Below are positions 47,298-60,338 of a DNA stretch of 64,000 bases, one piece after another. Under the pieces are notes generated by a model, which saw only the letters and a program-made list of their open reading frames with translations, did not search any database and was not told the origin of the DNA. The stretch's first letter is position 1. Each line of letters begins with the position of its first letter. The stretch is from contig OX337238.1 in assembly GCA_946965045.2 (NCBI GenBank), positions 992,001 to 1,056,000 on the forward strand. Reading direction: 5' to 3'. Position numbers and translations under genes: made by a program. Source of the stretch: Epithemia pelagica. Its lineage: Eukaryota > Protista > Bacillariophyta.

Positions 47298-47630
47298 ATG
47301 TCTTCTCTACCATCCTCCAAGTCCTCCCAGCTGCAGCAGCGCTTGTCCCAAGCACTGAATCCAAGTAGTACTCCTAGCACACAGCAAACACTGCGACGAA
47401 TCAAACTACCGGTAAAGAAATCGTCAGTGGTAGTGTTGTTGGTGGCGATGGTAATACTGTTGGAGTGCGGCGCGATGGTTCGACTAAAGCGCTTTTCCAG
47501 AAACTACATGTGGATGTTTGCGCCACAAATAACTGAGGAACAAAACCAGGAACAACAACCATATCATCCTTTGGTTCGTCCAAACAACAAAGAAGAAAGA
47601 GACACAGTGGCCGCCGCCGCCAGTGTCTAG
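47298..47630 (+). CDS. Short ORF with one hydrophobic helix; possibly a gene fragment
   Basis: 110 aa including VVVLLVAMVILLECGAM; no recognisable domain. Confidence 0.3.
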   Translation: MSSLPSSKSSQLQQRLSQALNPSSTPSTQQTLRRIKLPVKKSSVVVLLVAMVILLECGAMVRLKRFSRNYMWMFAPQITEEQNQEQQPYHPLVRPNNKEERDTVAAAASV

Positions 47631-47923
47631 AGCCTACAACAAGTGAGATAAGAAAGATGGCATATACTAGGTATCCACAGACAATTTATCTCGATGATTG
47701 GGACTACCCTTCATTTCGTGAGATGGAACGAGATGACATGAGCTAGCAGGGTTTTCCATGATTTCTTCAATGGAGTGCTCTCAACTTTCGAATATAGAGG
47801 AATCGAAATAGTGTCGATTTGTGCAGAGAGCGTTACCAAACTTTGAGCGAATCCTTGACCGCAGGGCTGTAGTTACAACAACAGACTAGTTGATGCAGTG
47901 AACGGACCATCCGATTTAATGTG

Positions 47924-48700
47924 TTATACTCGTTCCATTCGTTGGACCGTACGTTCGACTTGATATTCAATTCTCCGAGCAATTTCTTGTCCATGGTTTT
48001 GTGGCAAGACGAGAATCCGTTCGCTGGCTCCCGCACCACAAGTACTGGAAGTTTCACTCTCTCGTGTGTACACATGGACTTGCTCGTAGGTTTGCGCGCA
48101 GCAACACAGGGCAGCGCAACAACTGGGTGGGACACCTTGCACATGCACTTGCACCACTTGCCACAACTCAATCGTATCAATTTCATAACTTGGTTCACAC
48201 AACCGACAACAACAACAACAATGACAACCAGTGCAACAGAGAACCGGTCCACATTGATTGGGAAGGACTGTCTTGATTTCCAAACTGTTACTGCGAAGTG
48301 TGTACGAATCAGGTTCGCTGGAACAACATCCGCAGAGCATCGCCCGATAGAGGCAACACGAACCATGCAAGACTTGTTGTTGTTGTTGTCCTTGCCATAA
48401 AATCGCTTCGTGCTGTTGCATGTCTTGACAGAACCGGAGTGTTTGCAAGGCTTGTAACAATCGAATCCGATCCCCCAAAATGGCAATCCCCATGTCTTTT
48501 AAATTGTCCTCCCTCAAATTGGGTGCCACAAGACCCGTAATGTGATTGTGGGCAAAGACCTCGGAATAGTCATCCATGCCATATTGGATTCTTAAATATT
48601 CGGCCAATTCTACCGCTGTCCAATTCCTCCAGTCTCCAATCAAGGGTGTTGTGAGATCATCGTCACTGGAACTTGCCGAAGAGCGGCTTGATTTCAACAT
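47924..48700 (-). CDS. SAM-domain protein with Cys-rich C-terminal region
   Basis: WTAVELAEYL...Y...F..NHITG...NL..DNLKDMGI..LGDRIRLL matches the SAM consensus. Confidence 0.8.
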   Translation of the reverse strand: MLKSSRSSASSSDDDLTTPLIGDWRNWTAVELAEYLRIQYGMDDYSEVFAHNHITGLVAPNLREDNLKDMGIAILGDRIRLLQALQTLRFCQDMQQHEAILWQGQQQQQVLHGSCCLYRAMLCGCCSSEPDSYTLRSNSLEIKTVLPNQCGPVLCCTGCHCCCCCRLCEPSYEIDTIELWQVVQVHVQGVPPSCCAALCCCAQTYEQVHVYTRESETSSTCGAGASERILVLPQNHGQEIARRIEYQVERTVQRMERV

Positions 48701-49192
48701 GGTGTGTGTTCTGGATCTTTTTGGTTTGAGTGTTGAGTGCGTGGGGAGTGGGGAGTCGTGGGGAGGGCTGTAGATTGGGGGAGCCGTGTGGGGGGCTGTC
48801 GCTACCCTTTATATAGATGGGCACCCCGGGAAAATCAAGGGACGCCCCGAAACTTAGAATGGTAACGGGTAACGTGTCCGGTGTCCAGCAGTGACGGCAT
48901 CCAACGAAGACACCATCATCGTGTGTCGCAGGTTCTCTATTGGGTCCATGGATCGATGCGATTGGTCGAAACCGTTGACGACCACGGCTTGCAAAGACAC
49001 GCAAGCGCACTGCGCAACCATCAACCATCTTTGTTGTGCGCTCTTTTGTTTGTGGGTTGTGGGTTGTGGGATCAATCTCTCCTCTTTTTTTGGTATCAAC
49101 AATCATCTCTTCGTTGTAGAGGGAAGGTGTCACCATTCTCTCTATTGGCATTTCCGAAAAAGAGATCAAGCCGACAGCATCTCACAGTCGTC

Positions 49193-52100
49193 ATGTTGGA
49201 TTATTCCGAGCTGGACCGCTCGTTGGTAATTGCCGCCCTTATCACGGCTCTGACATGGATCTTGTTGAATGGTATTGTCTACACATGCTTTCTTGACCAG
49301 CAACACTGGCAAGTGCTGGAGGGCTGGGAGCGTCAAGCGCCCTTGTTTGCCAGTGTTATTTTGATGACATCCTTGACGCTCTTGTACATGCCCTTTGTGT
49401 TGGTTCTTAAAACGGGTCAAAAACCCTCTCGTCCCAGTGGCATTATTTTTGCCGCTGTCATTGTCATGGTCATGACGATTGTCACCAATCTTCAACTGGC
49501 CTTGACACCGACATTGGTGTTGGACGATCCAGTGACGAACCAACGAGTCTTTTTGATCCGATGGTGCAGTTGGACGCCCATGGTCGGACTCATGACCTTC
49601 ATGTCGGATGTGTTGGATGCCGACCGGACAAACGGAGGGTTCCAGGCGCCCATCCTACATGCTGTGAAACAAACGATTGGGACCTTGGGTGGTGCTCTGT
49701 TGGCGCTGTGTCCCAACGTGACTGTCTGGTGCTTGGTCCAAGTGTTTGCCTTTAGCCTCTTTGTCAGTATTTTTCCTCGCGTACAAGCCAAACACAAACG
49801 GTATCTGGCACAAAGCACGGGGGTATTCATGGATGATATGGATCAGCATCATCGACGGTATTATTCGTATCGTTTGCTGAAGCACTGTGCGTGGGTTTGG
49901 ACACTCTTGGTTGCAACGTACTACATTCATTCGTTTCTCCATTATTATCTTCCCAGCACCCATCCATTGGTACATCGATCTTCGGAAATGGTGATTGACA
50001 CAATATTTGACGTGGTTGCCAAGGGCGTCTATCTCAAGGTCATTTTGGCCATTCACCATGAAGTCTTTGATTCGGATGCCCGAGCACGAGCGCAACTAGG
50101 AGAATTGCGTCGACTCATGCAACTGCTGTGGGATTCCACGACGGATATGATCATGATTTCGGTTGCGGGAGAAGAAACTTCCTCCACATTTTTGTCACCG
50201 TCCTTTCAAGGATTTGTGGCCAAGGACCAAACAACAACAACAACAGACTCTCCTGCGCAGCCCCCACCCAAGAGCAACACCAAAGCACCGGGAGTTTTGC
50301 TCAAGACAAAAGGGAAAGAAGAAGGTGAAACACATTCATTGCATGTCATGGATGCTCGATACATTGAGTCAAGTCATTTCTCGTCAACCGCTGCTCTTGA
50401 CAAACTGACCATCAATTCCATAGATCCAAAGTCGGAGGAAATACGACTTGCGACAGAAATGATTCAGTCCTGTTGGGGCGTTTTGAACAAGGACTCAAAG
50501 GACGAATCGGTAGTATTGCTCAAAGAGTTTGAACGACCCAATGGTGAAACGATTCACTGTGAGCTCAAAGTGTCGCAAAAAGTACCAGGTTCGTTTGTGG
50601 CTATTGTGTGTGACATTACGGATCGGCAGAAATTGGTGGAAGCCGAAAAACGAGCCCATGCCGAAACCATGGCCCGACAAAAAGATGCCCAGAATGCCAA
50701 CCGATTTACACGTCATGAAATCAAGAATGGGTTGTTGTCGGGCATTGAACTGTGCGGTGACTTGCAACGAGCTTTGGACGACTTGACGAATGGCGATGAT
50801 TTCGCTTCCAATGTGTCGTCCGTCGTGGGCAAAGTGTCTCAAGTGGATGGCCTTTTTCACGAGATTCTGGATACGGTGCTGGCCGAAGGTAGGTTCGACA
50901 AGGAAAAGGATGGAACCGGTGTCGTTTTTTGTTTGTCTCTTACCTTTATTGGCAATGTACAGCTATGGCTAGGGATGTTATTCACCAATGTTACAAGCCA
51001 AATCCAAAGGCGACTGATCTTGTGACAGCGTTGAGGTCGTCCTGTTCAGGTATTGGTATTGAACCCCGTTTACCTCTGTGCACTCTACCGTCGGAAGATA
51101 TTCCCAAACTTTTGATTGACACTCAGTTGCTGAAGTTTATTCACCGAAACGCTGTCTCCAATGCCAGCAAATACGGCAAAAAGGGAGGCGTGGTTGCTAC
51201 AAATATTCATTATCAGGTGGAGCATAAGCAACTGACCCTGGAAATTGTTAATGAACCTGGACCGGGACATATCAAATTGCTTGAGATGGGGGAAGGGGCT
51301 AGTCGAAAAGTGTTTGAGGCCGGAACTCGACTTCACAAAGGCATGAAAGAAATCCCCGAAGAAGTGAACTCTCTGTCATCAGGTGATGGAGCATGGATTA
51401 TGCAGAGATGCGCCGAAACCATGGAAGGCGTTTGTTCGATTAGTTTTGAGATTGATCGGACCGTATTCCGATTGAAATGCCCTGTCAGTCCGGTCATGAA
51501 GAACAAAGATGTTAATGCGAGAACCTTTAGTCTTCCTTTGAATACCTTTGGGGTGGGCATTGATGATTCCTGGATTCAGCGGAAGCAGCTAGTGCGAATC
51601 TTTGCCAATGCTGGAGTGCCCGAAAGCAAGACACGAGTAATCGGGAAAACCATTGAGGATCTGAATTCTACGTATGACCTGATATCGCAATTTCTAGACG
51701 AAGATCCGTCAGCGAAAGGTTTGATTCTTGTTGACGACAACTTGGATTACGTAGATGAATTTGAGGCTCGTATTGTTCGTTCAGGCTCAAAAATGATGGC
51801 GCACATTCTGGACCAAATGCCAACGAGCAAACGAGATCGTATCCTTGTGCTGGTACGGTCAGCTAATGACTCTGCAGCTGATTTGGAACTCTACTCCCAA
51901 CGGACCCATGGCTTCTTCCCCAAAACAGCAAACAGAAAAGAAGACGTATTGGATTCCATTGAAAAGGCTTGGGAAGGACGTTTCGGGACGCAACAACCAG
52001 CACGACCAGCGAGGCAACAGTTTCAAGATTCTGAGCAATCAAGCTCGTTCGGGTTGAAGGAATGTCTCCTGGAAGTGGTAAGTTCAGTAGACAAGCTTTT

Positions 52101-52326
52101 GGAAGGCAGGTCCAGCCAAGATATTCCTTGGCCAACCCTATGGAGTGCTCTCCATTCTTTGAAGGGAGATATCATGATTTGTGATGATCCGCAACTGAAC
52201 ATGGCTGCCAAGTCCATTAGCGACATGAGAGGACCTGAAATGCCCCATGATTTTGACCAACAGTGGGCTACCATCAGAACTACCGTAGTGGAAGGTATTC
52301 AAGCTATGGGCAATGTGGAATTGTAG
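49193..52326 (+). CDS. Rhodopsin-like hybrid histidine kinase: 8 TM, PAS-like, HisKA, HATPase, REC, HPt (intron 50889-50962)
   Basis: Helix C-like RWCSWTP, helix G-like DVVAK, RHEIKNG H-box, NAVSNASKY N-box, GDGAWI, IDDS/LVDDN/VRSAN/FPK receiver, LHSLKG HPt. The intron joins the ORFs in frame (LAE|AMARDV). Confidence 0.85.
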
Positions 52327-52729
52327 TCTGAATATTCTCCTCGATGACGTTCTGCTCTCGTCCAGAAACCTGACGGACGCCAATGCTGTGTGTTTGCCTG
52401 TATACCCGACTGGGTACGCCAAGGTGTTCTATTTCATGGAACGCGGTGAACGTAACCGTCTTGCGGGCTCAATGAGATAATCGGGTGGTGCTGTTGAATG
52501 ACATCTACCTCGGTAGACATTTTGTATTTAGTTCAACGGCGTTGACAAGCATCTCATCAACAGCGGCAAACAAAATGGACAACAAGCAACCAGACTCCAG
52601 TTTCTTTGATGGCTCACTTAATATGAAACTATTATGAATATGAAGTCTCCCTATTTCTACAGTTAGGTGTACCGCTTTCGATAAACAGACTTTCTGGCAA
52701 AATGTATTGGTGTCAAAATGTCCAGATCA

Positions 52730-55700
52730 TCAATGATGATGCTTCTGTTGGAGCGGAAACACGAAGCAGCACAGCAGGCCCATCCTTCTCCTGGCTCTCG
52801 GCACGTCCAAATCCATCTCACTTGGGTCAATGTAGGCTTCTGGGGATTCTCCGGTGTTGAAGGATTGCGCATCCTTCTTGCTGTTTCCATTTCTATTGTT
52901 CCTTCCATGCTTCTTCCCTCCTCTTCCTCGTTGTTCCTTTGCTGGGGAGCTTGCTCTTGATTTCTTTCCGTTCTTTTCGGTTCCCTTTGTTTTCTCCTTT
53001 TCCGCTACTCCGGTGCTTGTTTCCTTCTTCAGGTCCCTACTTTCGACCTTGGCGTCGTCTTTCTCCCCATCCACTCCAATGTATTTTCCCTGACCCTCCT
53101 CCGTACTTTCGGTGGTATTATCTTTGCTACTTGGTTCTTTCTCGACCAAGGTTGTTTCCTGTTTTTCTGTTTCCTTTCCCTCATTTCCGATCAAAAGATC
53201 TTCCCCGTCGTGGTTGTACACACCCGGTACTTTCACCGCGTCGTGTTGTAAGGCCTCTGCCAAGGTGTTATCATAGGGCTTGTCCTTCAAGTGAACGTGG
53301 TCGTCAAAAGTTTTGGCACTTCCAGTGTTGTCGATTTCATCATTTTTAGCGTTTTCTACGACCAGTTCGTCATTCGAACCCGTTGTTCCGTTCTTCATCT
53401 TGTCGTTTGCGACTTTCCCTTCTTGATCGCGCTTCAAAATGGTAGCAGCAACTTGCTCCTTGTCACTACTCATGGCCATCAACAAGGCATCTGAGCACTT
53501 TCCTCCACTGTGATGACGGAGCATTTCGGCAGCGCGTGCAGGTTCAGACACAAATGTGAAGCCTGAATGTTCATTCGACAATTTCAACTTGAGATGAGAT
53601 CCCTCCGGACTCTGGGGTGCCGTTCCACTGCCATCGATGCATTCAGGAAAATCAGGATCAGTGACTTGCAAAAAGAAGAACAAACGGTTCTTCAGTTCGT
53701 TCACAGCTTGTTTTTCGTCAACTTGTTCCAACGAGCGGAGTTGTGCTGGTTCCAAACGATCCAATGTGGAGCGACAGTCCATTCCGGTCTCTTCGAACAA
53801 TTCTCGTGCTGCACCAGCTTTGCATGCCAAGAGCAATTGCGTCTGGCGATCCTCGCTGAGTTTGGCTATGGGCGATCACGAATACAAAAGGGTAAAAGAA
53901 ACAAGACAATTTATCGTGAGCACGACATGGGCGCATTATTAACAGCAATCACAGGTTATTCTGAAGAGAACGACCCATTCACGTACCGGCTTCGATAAAT
54001 TCTGGTTCATCGACATGTCCTCCTGGCACTTGCCAATGGATTGGCTTATTCTTCTTGCGCGAACATTCAAGAAGGACCAAACCATGATCATTGTGCACCA
54101 AAAAGATGAATCCACGGTAATCGTGGTTCTTGTAGTCCACCAGCACGTGAGGTGCCGTACTGTTCGATGCGGATGGCAAACCTTTCTGCGGGGCGACAGT
54201 GTCACCCCCACCGGTTTCCTCGGATGCCTGAAACACTGTGGCATGTGCAGACGGTTGCTTCAAGAGAGAAACGACCACGTCTTCTTCCTTGTCGCAATGA
54301 TATCGAATCCAAGTTTCTTTGAGCTTTTGACGTTCCTGGAATTTTTGGAATTGTTGCTGACGATAAAACCCTTCCATGCCACCCGCAAAGTACTCTCCAG
54401 CTCCACTCATTTCGGACACGGAATCGTCCGTACCAAATCGGCGACCAAAGAAATGGGAAGACGAATTACTACGGCTAATTTCTCCGTAGGAATCTTCTTC
54501 GGATCGTTCTGATCGCGCCGAGAGAGGAACAAGGGAAGGGTCGAGGGTGATGGATCCACCGGCGACCTCAAGCACCGAAATAGGCATGGACTTTCTCTCG
54601 AACTTCATACGTAAATTTTGGACACTCATGGGGCTCTCCGAATCTTGTTCTTGTGCCGCCAAGTTACCAACAGTGTTAACAAGGGGCGGTCTGGAGCTAA
54701 CGGCAACGTTTTCATCCTTCTTTGTTTCAGCATCATCTGCCGGTTCCTTTTGTTCTTGTTCGTCATTGTCGCCATCACACTCGCTCTCAAAGGTAGGAAG
54801 CGTCGTGTATGTAGGTTGCGTTTGCACTTCGACAGGTGACTTGTAACCATCCTCCATGGATGTATTTTCGTTGTGGTTGTTCACAGTGGTCGAGAGAAGA
54901 AGGGCTTTATCCTCTTCTTCCTCCTCATCTTCATTCGTTGTTTCGTTTGTGGATCCCAGGAGTCCCTGAATTGGTTTGACCGGTTCGCCAGTCGCATCTT
55001 CCACCACCTCGATCGTCTCGTCCAGTTCATGTTCTTCTTCTTCCACAATTCGAGATAGATCGACCGCTGGAGGCATCATATTTTGAAGAGCTTCAACTCG
55101 AGCCGCTGGCCATTCCTCCTCATCTTCTTCGGTTTCGGCGAATGCTGACAAGACGGAAGGTGACAAGGTGGTAATGCGACCATTGTCCAAAGGGCCATGT
55201 TTGTCATTGTCCACTACATTCGTTGACGCCGTGTCTTCTAGTAATTCTGCACTTGTTTCAGGTTCGTCTTGTTCCTGTTTATCTTCCGATTGTTGCTTAT
55301 CTTCTTGTGGAAGTTCTTGTGACGCCAACACAGGTTCCGCATCTTGTTGTTCTTCGTCGTCTTCCTCTGATGCATCGGTATCCTTTTGATCCACGGCACC
55401 GGTGGAAACTTGACCTTCGTCGACTTCTATCGAAGTCGATGGTTCGCCGACTGTTGCTGGTTGTGGATTCGTTGACGCGACATCTTCTTCTTCCTTGACC
55501 ACAGTTGGCACAGCGACATCCTCCGCTTGTATAACCGTTGCGTTGGACAAGACAAGGGTCGACTCTGGTCTATGCGGTTGGTTTTCTTCTTCATCGGAGA
55601 CATGCTCCGTTAAGGTGACATCTTCTTCGGTTGCTTCTGTCATATCCTTGTTGTTGTGGTTGCTCTGTGAATGCAAGAGTTTGTGGCCGTCTGCTTCGTC

Positions 55701-56513
55701 TCGAACAGACTTGTATTCATCGACTGAGGCATCCAGCGACTCGGTTTGGTTCACGTCACTATCGGCTGCATTTGACGTCTCGGGCACAGAGTCGCACTGA
55801 ACGACAGGGTCGTTATCTTTGCTACTCTCACTTTCCTCTTGGGCTTGCACATCCTGCGTTGGTTCGTTAACGTCGACATTCTTGTTGCTGTTAATTTCCT
55901 CGTTCTCTTCGTCGTTCTCTCTCTCCTCTGGAAGGACATTCTCGTCTTCTGCTGTGGTGGATGCTGGAGGAGTCGAGAGAGGAACGACAGGAGGGTTCAA
56001 CTTGGTTTCTTCCTGGTCCATGTTTTTGTCCTCGTCGTCTTGGCCGTCCATTTGCACAACTACTGCTATTTCTTCTTCCTCCTCCTCAAATGTGTTGGTA
56101 GAACCAGTGGGTGTCGCCGTCACGGTGCTGCTGGGTGGCACTCGTGGTGGTTCTCGTTCTCCAGTGGTGGATGATTCTTCCTGATGATTGCTTTGGGTGG
56201 CAATCAAGTTGTTGCGCGACGGTGAATCTTGTTGCCAGGGTTTGTGTTTTTTGGGACGCAACAAATTTTTGTAATGATTGGTTTTGGGTTTGGGTGGTTT
56301 GGCCGAGTCCACCAGCAACACGGGAGGATCCTCCGGTTCCTCCTGGTTGTTGTTGTTGGAAGAGGAAACAGACGTTGTGGCGACAATGGTTGTGGGAATG
56401 GGAGAGACAGTTGCGTGGGCCCGTGCCTGGGAGGACAGGGCTGCCGCAACAGGAGACGACGATCGTAAGGAAGACGAAGGAGACGAAATGTGTTCGAGGG
56501 CCGAGCGTTCCAT
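52730..56513 (-). CDS. Nudix hydrolase-domain protein with long acidic disordered N-terminus (intron 53986-53866)
   Basis: WQVPGGHVDEPEF...AARELFEETG Nudix box after splicing at GTACG...CATAG. The 3' end is uncertain. Confidence 0.75.
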
Positions 56514-57675
56514 GGTGTCGTAAAGGCTCTATTGAAGTTTTGCAATCGTGGTTGTCACGTCTTGTGTTGAGTTATCTTGCAGTGTTGATGGGTTTACAAC
56601 AAATCAACTGGAAATTTGTTTCCCTCTAGCCGACCACTCGACTTCTAATGTTCGAGCGTCAAGATTCGAGAAAAAATAAATTTTGGAAATCTTGCTTGTC
56701 GTCTCTTCTACCAGGCAAAGGCGATTACGACGATTTTATTCCAACGAGAACCTATTGAGTGGTTTCAGAGCTCGTAGATGCTGGATCGGACGAAACGTCC
56801 ATGTACTTGTTTGTACGAGTGCAAGACTTGATGAACACAGAGAGCGGTGACGAGACCAAGGAGCAAGTTGTTGGTTGTCACTCCAAGTGGGATTGTTTCT
56901 GTTGCTGCGGATCGTTTAGAATTTTTGTGCGGTTGAAGAGCGGAGGCGACGATTTTTGTCAAAGAGGAGATGCCCGAGAAAGAAAGAGTGTACCTGCATA
57001 CAGGTTTTACGCAGAATACTTAGTCTCCGCATGCGTGGCTTTGGTCTTGATCAGGTCACGCTGTCACAGATGAGAACATTAAATCACGCCTGCCTCGTGT
57101 ATTGACGGCGTGTTAAGTCGGACATTCATTCAATTATACATTTTAACCGTCATTCAACCTCCATGAAGTGTGGTGCGACGAGCACGACTGAACGTTCATC
57201 GGGACCGGGAGAACCCTCGGTATCAGTGTCCACTGCTTAGCTGTTTTTTGTCTGTGCCACCTTCATAGGTTCCCAAGTGGACACAGACAGGAAATTTCCT
57301 TTTTGACTCAATGGAAATGGCTAAAAAGCAAATTGGCGCGCATACCCAGCTGGAGTTTTCACAGTTCATGAAGCAGACGCAAGCCCAGCAAGCGGCCCTG
57401 CGTGGATGACGGTTGGTTGGTCTTCGCAGAATGCGCCATCCAAATCCGCCATAAAATCAGGGTTGGTCTTATCTTGTGTGAACATTCACAAAGTTCACAC
57501 AAAAACAGCTTCGGCATGTCACAGTTTTTAGGCGTGAAAATCGAGGGTCCAATCCTGAAGTTCACGTGTGAACTTTTTTCACATCCCCCGCCCGTCTGTC
57601 TTCATCCCCCGTCTACAAACATGCCTCATCCATGTGCACCAAGAGACCAACAATCAAACAGCAAAAGTCAACCCC

Positions 57676-58989
57676 ATGACGTCAAAGTCTAATTACGAAA
57701 AATTGGAGGAGATGGAAACCACGGAAATGGAGTCTCAACACCAAAATGTAGAAAAGATTGCTAGACTTACTGAAATCATAATGTTACTCAAGAAAAACAA
57801 GAAATCAACCAGGCGACGCAGATCAAGGATTCCACTCAAACGTGTGGACTGGAAGACGTTCTCGGAAGCCCACATGAAAAATAACGAGAAGGACTTCATC
57901 AAGTGTTTGAGGATGCCCCTGAAGGCCTTTGAAAAACTGCACGAGATTCTCAAGGATGATCTTCATAAGAATAGAAGAATGGGTGCTAAGCGAGGTGGAG
58001 TGATAGCCAGTGAGATTCGTCTCTACATCACGCTCCGGTACCTTGGGGGTGGGAGTATGCACGACATCCGAAGGACCTTTGGCTGTGGGAAGTCAACAGC
58101 ATACCACATTATCCACGAAGTTTGCCATGAAATTTGTCAGAATAGCAAATTTGAGATGGCATTTCCCAAGTCCGAAAGTGAATGTGCTACAGCCGCGTTA
58201 GGCTTTAGATCCATATCGTACGACGACGCAATAGTCAATTGCGTTGCAGTACTAGATGGATACCTTCTCCATGTGGAGCAACCTCGCAAGAAACTGGTAG
58301 GCAACCAACGCGTGTTCTATTCTGGGCACTACAAGAAATTTGGAATAAATATCCAAGCGGCCTGTGATCTTAACTCCCGGTTCATTTATTTTGCGCTAGC
58401 TGGACCTGGCAGTCAGAATGACAAAGTTGCGATCGAGCAGTGCACCCTTGGAAGTCTTATTGACAATTTACCCAATGGGTACGTTGCTATTGGGGATGCG
58501 GCTTATCACCCAACAGAGCGTCTAGCACCGATATTTTATGGTGTTAATAGAGATGAGCCTCTATACGATAATTTTAATTTCTTCGCATCGCAACTCCGGA
58601 TCCGCATCGAAATGGCATTTGGGCTTATGCAGATGAAGTGGCGTTTCTTGCAACAGCCAAGACAGGTAACGAGGAATCTTCCAAACATTGTGATGGCAAT
58701 TGCAAGGTTGCATAATTACGTGGTAAAATTCCGACTCGATCAGGGTGCGTCTGTGGAGGACATGGTACAGGAGGTGCAAGAAGCAGGTGACATTAGCTAC
58801 GCACCATCCCAGCCATCTGATGAACGTGGAAATCCCATGCTATACAATGAGGATGGAACTCCAAGAAGAAGGCCTCTACCGAAAGGGCATTCTGCCACTC
58901 GCCATCAAATGGCAGAACGCATCCGTGACAGAAACTTGGTACGACCACTTTCCAACAAGAAAAGGAACGAAGAGGATAATAATACATGA
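57676..58989 (+). CDS. Harbinger DDE transposase
   Basis: HTH (LRYLGGGSMHDIRRTFGCGKSTAY), LDG, YSGHYKK, GDAAY and IEMAFG.MQMKWRFL. Confidence 0.9.
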   Translation: MTSKSNYEKLEEMETTEMESQHQNVEKIARLTEIIMLLKKNKKSTRRRRSRIPLKRVDWKTFSEAHMKNNEKDFIKCLRMPLKAFEKLHEILKDDLHKNRRMGAKRGGVIASEIRLYITLRYLGGGSMHDIRRTFGCGKSTAYHIIHEVCHEICQNSKFEMAFPKSESECATAALGFRSISYDDAIVNCVAVLDGYLLHVEQPRKKLVGNQRVFYSGHYKKFGINIQAACDLNSRFIYFALAGPGSQNDKVAIEQCTLGSLIDNLPNGYVAIGDAAYHPTERLAPIFYGVNRDEPLYDNFNFFASQLRIRIEMAFGLMQMKWRFLQQPRQVTRNLPNIVMAIARLHNYVVKFRLDQGASVEDMVQEVQEAGDISYAPSQPSDERGNPMLYNEDGTPRRRPLPKGHSATRHQMAERIRDRNLVRPLSNKKRNEEDNNT

Positions 58990-59009
58990 AGCTATAAGCA
59001 AATCATAAT

Positions 59010-60338
59010 CTAATAACCTAGAACCTTTGCAAGTTCAGCAATCTTCTTTTTCATTCCATTCTTCATGTCCTCGTCTTCTTCTTCCTTGACCATCTGTCTC
59101 AAGGACTGGAACTCATTGAGTGTGTGCGCTCGTTCCATTCGTTCATCACGTTTCTTGTTGTCTTCTAACATGGCATCTTTCACTCCTTCAAGAGCCTCGA
59201 CCAAATGGTCGTTTGAATTTGTTGTGCCAATGGATGTTGGCGTTGTTGCTCGTGATGGGCCCTTTTTGTTTGATTTCGCAGAGATTGGGATACTGTCCAC
59301 GGCCAAAAAAGAAGGAAGGACAGAAGTGAAGGTATCCCCAAAGTTTGCGATTGTTTTGCTTTTGGAATAAAAATAGTAAGCCGTGAACTTTGTAATTTGG
59401 CTAGTGCCTGCCTTGGAGATCGCTTGTTTTGTGTACTGCATTGCGTCGCTATCGTGACTGCCACTTGCAGTCATTGCGGTTTCCATGAACTTCCGTACTT
59501 TGACCAATATTTTCAATAACGATTCGACTTCTTTTTCTGTGACAGAAAGCGTATTTTTAATGGAGGGATTGACTCCGGAAGAAATGGCATCTTCCACATG
59601 GTCGTTGTACACTTCATTCTTTTCGTCATCTTCTCGTTTTTCAAGTTTGCCATACGGATCTTGTTGAACTGCAACCTCGACCTCTACATCGCTGGCGTCG
59701 TCTTCTTGGTCTTTCTCGGCCGGGAATAGCATCTGTGGGGAGGGTTCCTTGTCCTTCATTGTCTCTGGGATGTCCTTGTGTTTGATAGGAGTACACTCCG
59801 ATCCATTCACTTCATCCGTAACAGTCTTCCAAAATCGTTGGAAATGTGATCCGTTCCCTGTTTCTTGTACTGTCCTTGGCCTGGCATCATTAATTGTCAT
59901 GAAATCATCAATGTGATCACGATGAAAGATTACATTGATAATGCGACAGTGAGTTGACGGCACTTATTCAAGGCGACGGTTGATCGTACCAATTTCTTGT
60001 TTCGTTCGTAGTAAGTGGTATCGCAATTCTGTCTTGTTGAGATTTCCCCTTGTTATACCAATCTTTCTCACCAGCTTTCTCAATAGATGGACTGACAGGT
60101 CCTTATCCAGGTGGGCTGTCTGGTTGTCTCTTGAGATAGTACAGGCAACTTCGACCAGTTCCTCTTCTCCGAGCTGGTTTTTAATCATCTTAAATTCTGT
60201 GGACAACTGGAAGTCATTTAGAGTTGATGTATCCAACGCATTCAAAAAGTCAGGCATGGGCTTCTCCACACGCTTTGGTTTTTTCTTGGATGGACCATCT
60301 TCATGAGGTGCAGGGGTTGGCTGTGGAGGCTCCGCCAT
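59010..60338 (-). CDS. Harbinger second (DNA-binding partner) ORF, interrupted by in-frame TAA at 59966-59964
   Basis: Two abutting same-frame track ORFs, convergent with the transposase and inside the TIRs. Confidence 0.6.

Noticed and set aside
52494-57158. 10-bp inverted match GTTGAATGAC/GTCATTCAAC flanking the Nudix gene
   Set aside because: Too short, with no TSD or extended similarity; compatible with chance.
16509-59966. All four premature stops in TE-like ORFs are TAA, suggesting codon reassignment
   Set aside because: Host genes here (SITs, paralog A/B) terminate with TAA, and the sample is tiny.
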